DNA of 64,000 nt. Origin: an uncultured Planctomycetales bacterium. GTDB lineage: Bacteria > Omnitrophota > Gorgyraeia > Gygaellales > Profunditerraquicolaceae. The notes under the pieces were generated by a model. The model searched no databases, had not been told where the DNA came from, and saw nothing but the letters and a program-made list of their open reading frames with translations. The DNA is taken from the NCBI GenBank assembly GCA_964603585.1, contig CAZRVK010000006.1, positions 23,650-87,649 on the forward strand, written 5' to 3'. Position numbers and translations under genes: made by a program. Position 1 is the first letter of the stretch. Every line of letters starts with the position of its first letter. Shown here piece after piece: positions 56,211 through 64,000 of the stretch.

Positions 56211-56909
56211 ATGGGAAAAGAAAGAATATTGATCATTGAAGATGACAGGCATATTGCTAAGCTTGTAAAATACAACTTAGATAAAGCCGGCTATGACTGT
56301 ACTGTTGCGGTATCTGGCGAGGAAGCTTTTGGGGTTTTAGATACGGAACAAGTAGACCTTATTATCCTGGATATTATGCTTCCTAAAATGGATGGTTTTG
56401 AAGTCTGCCGGAATATAAAACAGATGAACAAGTTTAAGAATATACCGGTTGTTATGCTTACGGCAAAAGGTGAAGAGGTTGACCGCATTGTTGGATTTGA
56501 ACTTGGTGCAGATGATTATATGGTTAAGCCATTCAGTCCAAGGGAGCTTGTTTTAAGGATAAAGGCTGTTTTAAGAAGAGGAAAGGTCGAAGAAACCAAG
56601 AAAGATATTATTACTGTAGGTGTTTTGACCGTGGATATACCGCGGCACAGGGTGAGTGTAAATGAGAAGCTGATTGAACTAACACCTATGGAATTCAAGC
56701 TTTTAATTCTTTTGATCACCCGCCAGGGGCGGGTGCAAACACGTGATGGGTTGCTCCAGGAGATTTGGGATATTCATTCTGATGTTTATACCCGTACGGT
56801 GGATACCCATATAAAGCGATTACGGGAGAAACTTGGCAAAACCGGGAAAATGATCGAGACGGTTATTGGTGTAGGATATAGATTTAAACAGGAAGAAGAT
56901 GAAGATTAA
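56211..56909 (+). CDS. phoB: OmpR/PhoB-family response regulator (phosphate regulon type)
   Basis: Receiver D/D/K residues; IPVVMLTAKGEE.DR..G.ELGADDYMVKPFSPRELVLRIKAVLRR nearly identical pattern to E. coli PhoB; winged-helix C-term. Confidence 0.65.
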   Translation: MGKERILIIEDDRHIAKLVKYNLDKAGYDCTVAVSGEEAFGVLDTEQVDLIILDIMLPKMDGFEVCRNIKQMNKFKNIPVVMLTAKGEEVDRIVGFELGADDYMVKPFSPRELVLRIKAVLRRGKVEETKKDIITVGVLTVDIPRHRVSVNEKLIELTPMEFKLLILLITRQGRVQTRDGLLQEIWDIHSDVYTRTVDTHIKRLREKLGKTGKMIETVIGVGYRFKQEEDED

Positions 56910-58674
56910 ATTGCATTGGAAACTTACATTAATATTCTGCTCCGCAGTGATGCTGGGCATTTTTATCGGCTATTTTTATCTTGCTTTTCACCTTAAGAGG
57001 TATGTTGAGCATAATCTTGAGAATAATCTAAAGCTCCAGATTTTATCCGGCCGCGACTTTATAGAGAACCAGCTTATTTCTTTGAATGCATTAAGGGATG
57101 CCGATAACCTGGCGGATAAAATCGGTAAACAACAGGAATTAAGGGTAACCATTATTGATCGAAAAGGCCAGGTAATCGGCGATTCCGATCTGCATCCTTC
57201 CGGGTTAGAGAATGTTGAAAATCACTTGGACCGCCAGGAAATTCAAGATGCGGCTGATAAAGGGCTGGGAGTCAGTAAAAGGTATAGTTATACTTTAAAG
57301 AAATACCTGCTTTATATGGCAGTTCCTTTCGGGCAAGGAAAGCCCATATCCGGGTTTATACGCTATGCAGTGCCGATATCATATATTGAGATGCTGGAGG
57401 GAAGGTTAGATCAGACTATTCTGGGCTCCCTTCTATTGGTATTTTTACTTAGTTTGGCATTTACTTTTATTATTTCTCTTATAGTTTCCAAGCCTCTTGC
57501 AGAAATGGCAAAAATCGCAAGATGCATGGCAAAAGGCGATTTTTCCAGGAAACCATCGATTTTCTCAAAAGATGAAATCGGTGATTTGGCAAATGCATTA
57601 TCTTATATGTCTGACCAGATAAAGAGTAAGATCGAAAGGATCCAGCAGGATACGGCTAAATTAGACGCGGTTTTATCCAGTATGTTTGAAGGGATCATGG
57701 TGGTGGATGAAAAATGCGGGATTGTTTTGATGAACCCTTCTTTGAGGAAATTACTGTTTGTAGACGCATCCCCAGAAGCAAAAACCCCCCTGGAAGTGAT
57801 CCGTAACCCCCATATTCAGGACATTGCCGACAAGGTGATTAGAGATAAACAGGATTTGATCAGCCAGGAAGTTATAGTTACCCAGCCGCAGGAGATAGTT
57901 CTTAAAGTTAACGCTGTCCCTATAAAGAGGAACGGCCATTTAGAAGGAGCGGTTTTGGTTTTCCATGATATCACCGAATTAAGGAATCTTGAAAGGATAA
58001 GACAGGATTTTGTCGCTAACGTTTCTCATGAGTTACGCACGCCTATATCGAGCATTAAAGGTTATTCCGAGACTCTTCTTGAGGGGGCAATTGAGGATAA
58101 AGATCACTTGAAAGAGTTTATTAATATAATTTACCAGGATTCAAACCGTCTGGCTGCCCTTATTGATGATCTATTAGATCTTGCCAAGATCGAATCCGGT
58201 AAAATGAAAATGTTTTTTATGCCGCAAGAGATAAAGCCTGTTTTAAACCGTTGTTTGGGAGTTTTGGATAAGACGATCAAAGATAAACAACTGTTAGTAT
58301 CGATCGATATTTCAGATGGTATTCCTAAGGTTATGGCAGATGATACCCGGCTTGGTCAGGTGTTCTTGAACCTTTTGGATAATGCAGTTAAATATACCCC
58401 TTCTGGAGGGACGATTAAGATCAGTATTTATTTAAGTGGTAATTTTGTCCAGGTGGATGTTTCTGATACCGGGATAGGGATCCCCGAACAGGATCTTCCA
58501 AGGATATTCGAGCGTTTTTACCGTGTCGATAAGGCTCGTTCCCGCGAGCTGGGAGGCACGGGGTTAGGGCTTTCTATTGTCAAACATATAGTCTTTGCCC
58601 ACGGAGGCCAGGTTTGGGTAAGATCCGTGCTTGGTCAAGGCTCTACCTTTAGTTTTTCCATCCCCCAGGCGTAG
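56899..58674 (+). CDS. Sensor histidine kinase (PhoR-like: periplasmic sensor, HAMP, PAS, HisKA, HATPase)
   Basis: Two TM helices flanking ~150 aa periplasmic domain, SHELRTP H-box, N/G1/G2 boxes (DNAVKYT, DTGIGI, GGTGLGL). Confidence 0.7.
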   Translation: MKIKLHWKLTLIFCSAVMLGIFIGYFYLAFHLKRYVEHNLENNLKLQILSGRDFIENQLISLNALRDADNLADKIGKQQELRVTIIDRKGQVIGDSDLHPSGLENVENHLDRQEIQDAADKGLGVSKRYSYTLKKYLLYMAVPFGQGKPISGFIRYAVPISYIEMLEGRLDQTILGSLLLVFLLSLAFTFIISLIVSKPLAEMAKIARCMAKGDFSRKPSIFSKDEIGDLANALSYMSDQIKSKIERIQQDTAKLDAVLSSMFEGIMVVDEKCGIVLMNPSLRKLLFVDASPEAKTPLEVIRNPHIQDIADKVIRDKQDLISQEVIVTQPQEIVLKVNAVPIKRNGHLEGAVLVFHDITELRNLERIRQDFVANVSHELRTPISSIKGYSETLLEGAIEDKDHLKEFINIIYQDSNRLAALIDDLLDLAKIESGKMKMFFMPQEIKPVLNRCLGVLDKTIKDKQLLVSIDISDGIPKVMADDTRLGQVFLNLLDNAVKYTPSGGTIKISIYLSGNFVQVDVSDTGIGIPEQDLPRIFERFYRVDKARSRELGGTGLGLSIVKHIVFAHGGQVWVRSVLGQGSTFSFSIPQA

Positions 58675-58700
58675 TTTCTTACCAAACGCCATAGTTAAAG

Positions 58701-58719
58701 TTCACAAAAACTTCACAAA
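58701..58719 (+). promoter_or_regulatory. Direct repeat TTCACAAA-N3-TTCACAAA (11-bp periodicity), candidate PhoB box
   Basis: Seen directly upstream of receiver-porin-pstSCAB genes; OmpR/PhoB regulators bind 11-bp-spaced direct repeats; a TATACT -10-like hexamer follows at 58749-58754. Confidence 0.35.
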
Positions 58720-58819
58720 CCCGCCATATCCTTGTTACATCTCTGTTTTATACTTAAGCCATGATGAAAGAAAATAAAAGATACCCTGATTGCAGGATTG
58801 GTTAAAAAAGGAGATTGAA

Positions 58820-59275
58820 ATGACAGAGATTGGTGAACAGAAAAAGCAAAAAAGAATTATGGTTGTTGAGGATGAACTGAATTTGAATAAACTCATTTCG
58901 TATAATCTTTCTAAAAATGGGTATGCAGTAGAAAGTGTTTACGACGGTAATGAGGCAAAAAAGAGACTTTCCAAAGATGTCTTTGATTTAGTGGTTTTGG
59001 ATATTATGTTGCCGGGAATTGACGGTTTCCGTATATGCGAACTGATTAAAGATAATCCGCTAGCATTTAAAACATTTGTGGTGATTTTAACTGCTAGGGC
59101 TGAACAGTCGGATAAGATTTACGCAAATCTTGTCCGGGCAGATCAATATATTACTAAACCTTTCAGTGTGGTTGGGCTAATGGATGTTATTAAAGAATTA
59201 ACCGGCATAAGGGATAAGGATTTTATTGTGAATACAGGGTGTAATCGTGAAAAGAATCGTGCAAAAAATAATTGA
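58820..59275 (+). CDS. Stand-alone receiver-domain response regulator (CheY-like)
   Basis: IMVVEDE...DLVVLDIMLPGIDG...KPF receiver motifs; ATG 58820 with AAGGAG RBS preferred over TTG 58790. Confidence 0.55.
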   Translation: MTEIGEQKKQKRIMVVEDELNLNKLISYNLSKNGYAVESVYDGNEAKKRLSKDVFDLVVLDIMLPGIDGFRICELIKDNPLAFKTFVVILTARAEQSDKIYANLVRADQYITKPFSVVGLMDVIKELTGIRDKDFIVNTGCNREKNRAKNN

Positions 59276-59442
59276 AGGTTTGAAAAGTTTCTTACTCCGA
59301 ATGGCTGATTACGAAGCAGAACGTTTAATTAGTTTGTATGCCCCTTTTTCTAAAGTAAAGTCTAAAAAAGAAGGTGAGATCTTAAAATTAGAACAGGTCA
59401 AATTGAAGAAGTCTGTATTAACAACGAAAAGGAGGAGATAAG

Positions 59443-60723
59443 ATGGGTAAGCGCTTTGTAGCAAAAGGTTTTTTGTGGTTGATGATGATGTGTTTATGGG
59501 GTTTACCGGCATATGCCGGAGAAGTGGATATTTTGCTTCAGAAATTAGTGGAAAAAGGGGTTTTAACCGGAGCAGAAGCCCAGCAGGTTAAAATCGAAAC
59601 ACAGGAACAGGTAAAAAAAGAGGTTGCCACCGGTAAATCTGCTTCTTTGCCGGGTTGGGTGCAAAATATCAAGCTTAAAGGAGATCTGCGCCTTAGATAT
59701 CAGTATCATCATGAAAAAGCTGCTAATGATTATGCTAAGGACACTCATATAGGGCGTATTCGTACACGTCTTGGTTTAGAGGGTAAAGTTAATGATAAGC
59801 TGATGGCGGGGGTTGGGATCGCTACCAGTTCATCCGGTGATCCACGCTCTACCAATATTACCTTTGGCAAAGAAGATAGCGGTGCGTCTTCTAAAATGGG
59901 GGTAAGACTTGATTATGCCTATGCAAAGTATATGCCTAAGCCTTGGTTGAGTTTTGTCGGTGGTAAAATGCTCTTAGCCGATACCTTATGGGAACCGACG
60001 GATCTGATCTGGGATACGGATATAACTCCTGAAGGCGCGGTTGTAAGGTTTGATAAAACACTCGGTAAGGCAAGATTATTTATGAATACCTCTGCATTTA
60101 TAGAGGATGATGACGATAGTTCGACTACAAATCCGACCATGGGTTATTTTACTCAGCCAGGATTCAGCTATAATTTAACTGATAAGCTGGACTTAAAGAG
60201 TGCGGTTACCTTTTATTATTTTAATACAAAAAACAATCCATTTCCGACTTCGAGCTGGTATAAAAGCAGTAGTAATACCAAGTCGGGCGCAAATTGGAAA
60301 TATAATTTCCGCTTACTAAGCCCAGCTCTGGAATTTGGTATAAAAGAGCCTTTTAAGGTAATAGGGTTAAATATCGAGAAGCTGAAATTCTTTAGTGAAT
60401 TTGTTAATAATTTCGCAGCCGAAAAGAAAAATACCGGATTTTCAGCAGGGTTTCAGTTCGGTAACGATAAGATTGAGAAATGGGGTGATTGGCAGTTTAA
60501 GTATATATATGCGATGCTTGGACAAGATTCTGTCCCGGATATTTTTCCGGATTCTGACCGTTACAGCGGAAAGACCGGGATAAGAAGCCATGAAGGGATA
60601 ATAACCTATGGCTTGGGTAAAAATACATCTTTAGGTTTGGATGTTTATCGCTCTTGGAACCTTATCGGGCCGACTAAGGCACCGGAAACATTGGTTCAGG
60701 TGGATTGGAATATGAAGTTCTGA
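59443..60723 (+). CDS. Outer-membrane beta-barrel porin, possibly phosphate/anion-selective (context with pstS)
   Basis: Signal peptide (…LPAYAGE), Lys-rich N-terminal segment, beta-strand alternation, C-terminal aromatic …NMKF. Confidence 0.45.
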   Translation: MGKRFVAKGFLWLMMMCLWGLPAYAGEVDILLQKLVEKGVLTGAEAQQVKIETQEQVKKEVATGKSASLPGWVQNIKLKGDLRLRYQYHHEKAANDYAKDTHIGRIRTRLGLEGKVNDKLMAGVGIATSSSGDPRSTNITFGKEDSGASSKMGVRLDYAYAKYMPKPWLSFVGGKMLLADTLWEPTDLIWDTDITPEGAVVRFDKTLGKARLFMNTSAFIEDDDDSSTTNPTMGYFTQPGFSYNLTDKLDLKSAVTFYYFNTKNNPFPTSSWYKSSSNTKSGANWKYNFRLLSPALEFGIKEPFKVIGLNIEKLKFFSEFVNNFAAEKKNTGFSAGFQFGNDKIEKWGDWQFKYIYAMLGQDSVPDIFPDSDRYSGKTGIRSHEGIITYGLGKNTSLGLDVYRSWNLIGPTKAPETLVQVDWNMKF

Positions 60724-60756
60724 TAATTCAAATTGATAATAAGGAGGAATTAAAAA

Positions 60757-61572
60757 ATGAAAAGACTGGTGTTAGTAACCTTAGCAGGGCTGATCGGCGT
60801 GGGTTTAGCCGTGAGCACCTGTTTTGCCAAGACAATCGTTGTAGCGGGATCGACGACTGTTCTTCCGATCGCGCAAAGAACTGCGGAAGTATTTATGGAT
60901 CGAAACCAGGAAGCGGATATATCTGTGCGCGGAGGAGGATCCAGCGTAGGGATTGCCGCGCTCATTGATGGCACTTGTGATATAGCTGGTGCATCCCGGT
61001 CAATAAAGGATACCGAAATAGAAAAGGCCGCAATAAACGGGAATGATCCGGTTGCCCATATTGTGGCTATGGATGGGATCGCAGTTGTGGTAAATAGGTC
61101 AAATCCTATTCATAAACTTTCTCGGAAACAAATCCGGGATATTTTTACCGGAAAAATCACCGATTGGTCGCAGTTAGGCGCAGGCGAGGGGAAAATTGTC
61201 GTTATCTCACGGGATACTTCAAGCGGCACCTTTGAGGCCTTTGGAGAGTTAGTGATGAATAAAGAGAAGGTTGTTCCCAGCGCTTTGATGCAGGCGTCAA
61301 ATCAGGCAGTCGCGCAAAATATCGCACAGACCCCTTCGGCCATAGGTTACGTAGGATTAGGTTTTATGTCCGGAGATATCAAGCCTCTTGAGGTTGACGG
61401 GGTTATGCCGTCACGGGATACTGTGCTTTCTGGAGCGTATCCGGTAACCAGGCCTCTTTTTATGTATTCTAACGGCCAGCCTAAAGGGTTAATCAAGGAT
61501 TATCTGGATTTCGTAAAGAGCCAGGAAGGCCAAAAGCTGGTTGAAGAACAAGGTTATGTCGGGTTAAAATAA
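60757..61572 (+). CDS. pstS: Phosphate ABC transporter substrate-binding protein
   Basis: Signal peptide, AGSTTV...GGGSS...SRDTSSGT phosphate-binding PBP motifs. Confidence 0.75.
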   Translation: MKRLVLVTLAGLIGVGLAVSTCFAKTIVVAGSTTVLPIAQRTAEVFMDRNQEADISVRGGGSSVGIAALIDGTCDIAGASRSIKDTEIEKAAINGNDPVAHIVAMDGIAVVVNRSNPIHKLSRKQIRDIFTGKITDWSQLGAGEGKIVVISRDTSSGTFEAFGELVMNKEKVVPSALMQASNQAVAQNIAQTPSAIGYVGLGFMSGDIKPLEVDGVMPSRDTVLSGAYPVTRPLFMYSNGQPKGLIKDYLDFVKSQEGQKLVEEQGYVGLK

Positions 61573-61600
61573 GGCGTTTACTCATTTATCCTGACAAGCA

Positions 61601-61624
61601 CGGCAGGCGTAAATTTGCCTGCCG
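61601..61624 (+). terminator. Stem-loop (CGGCAGGC-8nt-GCCTGCCG) between pstS and pstC; possible partial terminator/attenuator
   Basis: Perfect 8-bp GC-rich stem seen directly; trailing sequence only moderately T-rich. Confidence 0.4.
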
Positions 61625-61645
61625 CGCCTCCTATATTTAATAAAA

Positions 61646-62530
61646 ATGGCGCATATAAAAGAAAAATTCTATAAGTGGGTATTTACAATCCTGGCATTTT
61701 CTTCCTTAGTATTCTTACTGGGAATAGTCTTTGTGCTTTTTAAGGAGAGTTTACCAATATTCTCAAAAGTAAGTTTTAGGGATTTTGTTTTTGGCAAGTT
61801 TTGGTATCCGACTTATAACCCTCCGGAATTCGGGATATTCCCTTTAATTTTGGCTTCTTGTTGGGTTACTTTGGGGGCAACAATTGTTTGTATCCCTTTA
61901 GGGGTAGGGAGTGCTCTGTACTTGAATGAAATCTCCGGTTTCCGGCAAAGGCAGATCTTAAAACCGGTCGTAGAGATCCTCGCCAGTATTCCGTCTGTTG
62001 TCTATGGTTTTTTTGGTATGGTGATCGTTACTCCTTTTCTTCAGCGAGTATTCAATCTTCCTACCGGGATGACTGCTTTGAACGCCAGCCTTATTCTTGG
62101 GTTAATGGCAACGCCTACAGTTTGCAGTATTGCTGAAGACGCGTTAAGTTATGTGCCAAGGTCTTTTCGGGAGGCGTCTTTTGCTGTTGGTGCAAATAGG
62201 TGGCAGACCTTGATTAAGGTAGTGATCCCGGCGGCCGGATCAGGGATATCGACTGCCATCATCCTGGGAATGAGCCGGGCAGTAGGAGAAACGATGACGG
62301 TGCTTATGGTTGCCGGAGGAGCTGCGGTTATACCAAAAACGTTTTTAGAGCCGGTGCGGCCAATGACTGCGGCGATTGCCGCGGAAATGGGAGAGGCTCC
62401 GATGGGAGGAGAGCATTATCATGCTCTTTTTGCCATCGCCCTTATATTATTCCTGATTACTTTTATTTTTAATATTATTGCCGAGATCATATCACGCCGG
62501 TACCGGATAAAACTGGGGTTGAGCGGATGA
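61646..62530 (+). CDS. pstC: Phosphate ABC transporter permease PstC
   Basis: 6 TM, EAA-like loop (ALSYVPRSFREASFAVGANRWQT). Confidence 0.8.
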   Translation: MAHIKEKFYKWVFTILAFSSLVFLLGIVFVLFKESLPIFSKVSFRDFVFGKFWYPTYNPPEFGIFPLILASCWVTLGATIVCIPLGVGSALYLNEISGFRQRQILKPVVEILASIPSVVYGFFGMVIVTPFLQRVFNLPTGMTALNASLILGLMATPTVCSIAEDALSYVPRSFREASFAVGANRWQTLIKVVIPAAGSGISTAIILGMSRAVGETMTVLMVAGGAAVIPKTFLEPVRPMTAAIAAEMGEAPMGGEHYHALFAIALILFLITFIFNIIAEIISRRYRIKLGLSG

Positions 62531-63375
62531 AACGGGATTTTTCGCAGAAAGCTGGATTTTTCGGTTTGTTCCTTTGCATGTTGACCACGTTATTTTTCTT
62601 AGGGACGATCATTTATTTTGTTTTTGTCAATGGGATAAAAGTCATTTCCTGGGATTTTCTTACTCAACCACCGCGTAATGCGATGACGGAAGGAGGCGTT
62701 GCCCCTGTAATCATAGGTACATTCTATTTGACCTTAGGTTCTATTATATTTGCTCTTCCGTTAGGCCTTGCCTGCGCGATATATTTATGTGAATATTCCC
62801 CGAAAAGTTTTGTGGTCAATATTATCCGTATCAGTATCAATAATCTTGCCGGGGTTCCTTCAGTTGTTTTTGGGCTGTTTGGACTGGCGGTATTTGTCAA
62901 ATTCTTTGGTTTTGGCGTTTCTTTGCTTTCCGGAAGCCTTACTTTGGGGATACTTGTCTTACCGCTTATTATTTCTGCTTCTCAAGAGGCGCTGATTGCG
63001 GTTCCGCATTCGATACGCGAGGCATCGCTTTCTCTGGGCGCCAGTAAATGGCAGACGATCAAAAAAATTGTTTTGCCGACGGCTTTGCCAGGGATATTGA
63101 CCGGGGTCATATTGAGTATCGGCCGGGTTGCCGGAGAGACCGCACCGATCTTATTTACCGCGGCCGCTTTTTATAAACGCGGATACCCGAACAGTATTTT
63201 TAGCGAAGTTATGGCGTTGCCTTATCATATATATGCTCTGATGACGGAAGGCGCGCATCCGGCTAAACAAAAAGCGATTGCTTATGGATGCAGTTTGATA
63301 CTGCTTTTTATGGTTTTATTGATATCTGCGATTGCGATATCACTTCGGCACAGACAGAGGAGTTATCATGGATAA
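62527..63375 (+). CDS. pstA: Phosphate ABC transporter permease PstA
   Basis: 6 TM, EAA-like loop ([23 protein letters not shown]); ATGA overlap with pstC. Confidence 0.8.
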   Translation: MKRDFSQKAGFFGLFLCMLTTLFFLGTIIYFVFVNGIKVISWDFLTQPPRNAMTEGGVAPVIIGTFYLTLGSIIFALPLGLACAIYLCEYSPKSFVVNIIRISINNLAGVPSVVFGLFGLAVFVKFFGFGVSLLSGSLTLGILVLPLIISASQEALIAVPHSIREASLSLGASKWQTIKKIVLPTALPGILTGVILSIGRVAGETAPILFTAAAFYKRGYPNSIFSEVMALPYHIYALMTEGAHPAKQKAIAYGCSLILLFMVLLISAIAISLRHRQRSYHG

Positions 63376-64000
63376 TAATGTAAAAATGCGGGCTTATGGA
63401 ATAAACTTCTTTTATGGCAGGCAGCAGGCACTTACGAATATAAACCTCGATGTTCTGTCTAATAAAGTTACGGCAATTATTGGCCCGTCAGGATGCGGGA
63501 AATCGACCTTTATACGTCTGCTTAACCGGATGAATGAATTGGTGCCTAATACCACCTTAACCGGGAAAATATTTCTGGATGGAGATGATATCCTGGAAAC
63601 TTCAGTTGACCCTGTTGAAATAAGGCGTAGAGTAGGAATGGTGTTTCAGAAACCGAATCCATTTCCGAAGAATATTTTTGAGAATATCAGTTATGGCCTG
63701 GAGGTTAACGGTATCAGGGATAAACATTTCGTCGAAGAGCGAGTCATCGAATCCCTGAAAAAAGCGGCATTATGGGAAGAGGTAAAAAACCGGTTATATG
63801 ACAGTGCATTAAAATTATCCGGTGGACAGCAGCAGCGGCTTTGTATCGCAAGGTGCCTGGCGGTAAAGCCAGAGGTGCTTTTGTTTGATGAGCCGTGCGC
63901 CAGCCTTGATCCTATATCGACCAGAAAGATCGAAGAACTGATCCTGGAACTAAAACACGATTATACGATCGCGATCGTAACTCATAATATGCAGCAGGCC
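63368..64000 (+). CDS. pstB: Phosphate ABC transporter ATPase PstB (3' partial, runs off window end)
   Basis: Hand translation of frame from ATG 63368: Walker [26 protein letters not shown] signature, [11 protein letters not shown] Walker B; no stop before 64000. Confidence 0.85.
   Translation, partial: MDNNVKMRAYGINFFYGRQQALTNINLDVLSNKVTAIIGPSGCGKSTFIRLLNRMNELVPNTTLTGKIFLDGDDILETSVDPVEIRRRVGMVFQKPNPFPKNIFENISYGLEVNGIRDKHFVEERVIESLKKAALWEEVKNRLYDSALKLSGGQQQRLCIARCLAVKPEVLLFDEPCASLDPISTRKIEELILELKHDYTIAIVTHNMQQA

Noticed and set aside
59247-59441. 64-aa ORF (GTG start) between the receiver-only regulator and the porin
   Set aside because: It overlaps the 3' end of the response-regulator gene. 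It has no RBS and no recognisable motif, and its 3' end is the porin's RBS region. It is probably non-coding.
390-60974. All minus-strand ORFs in the six-frame track (for example 2422..3030, 22026..22514, 38377..38775, 53774..54094)
   Set aside because: Every one lies entirely inside a well-supported + strand gene. None has a recognisable motif or a plausible RBS. They are best explained as shadow ORFs.

Overview
This 64 kb bacterial window is densely coded (~44% GC by eye), and every credible gene lies on the + strand. All minus-strand ORFs in the six-frame track sit inside + strand genes and look spurious. I saw no rRNA, tRNA, CRISPR array or obvious mobile element.

The first ~35 kb is one large cell-surface glycan biosynthesis and tailoring region:
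- It opens with a CDP-3,6-dideoxyhexose-type module: RfbH/DdhC E1 dehydrase, a short SDR 4-ketoreductase, a YerE-like TPP enzyme, and a NeuB-family synthase followed by a HAD phosphatase.
- Next come four GT2 polyprenyl-phosphate-sugar synthases, GT-C-type membrane transferases, a GT9 heptosyltransferase-like protein, and an S41 protease.
- The most unusual part is a block with seven radical SAM enzymes: five SPASM or twitch-like, one B12-binding, and two paralogs sharing a unique C-terminal motif. The same block holds a split transketolase, two TylCIII-like sugar C-methyltransferases, a TylF-like O-methyltransferase, a TIM-barrel sugar isomerase and a flavodoxin-ferredoxin fusion. I consider this a candidate undescribed pathway for radical-mediated synthesis of highly branched or methylated sugars.

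The rest of the window is housekeeping and transport:
- DAHP synthase, an NhaP antiporter, manA and a class III aminotransferase, and a CDF metal exporter.
- A nikR gene with a palindromic operator over its own promoter, followed by an outer-membrane beta-barrel and a Nik/Cbi(M)QO ECF transporter.
- thyX-gcvT-gcvH-gcvPA-gcvPB-lipoate ligase-lipA.
- phoB-phoR, a receiver-only regulator, a porin and pstSCAB (pstB truncated at the window end), with a PhoB-type direct-repeat box upstream.
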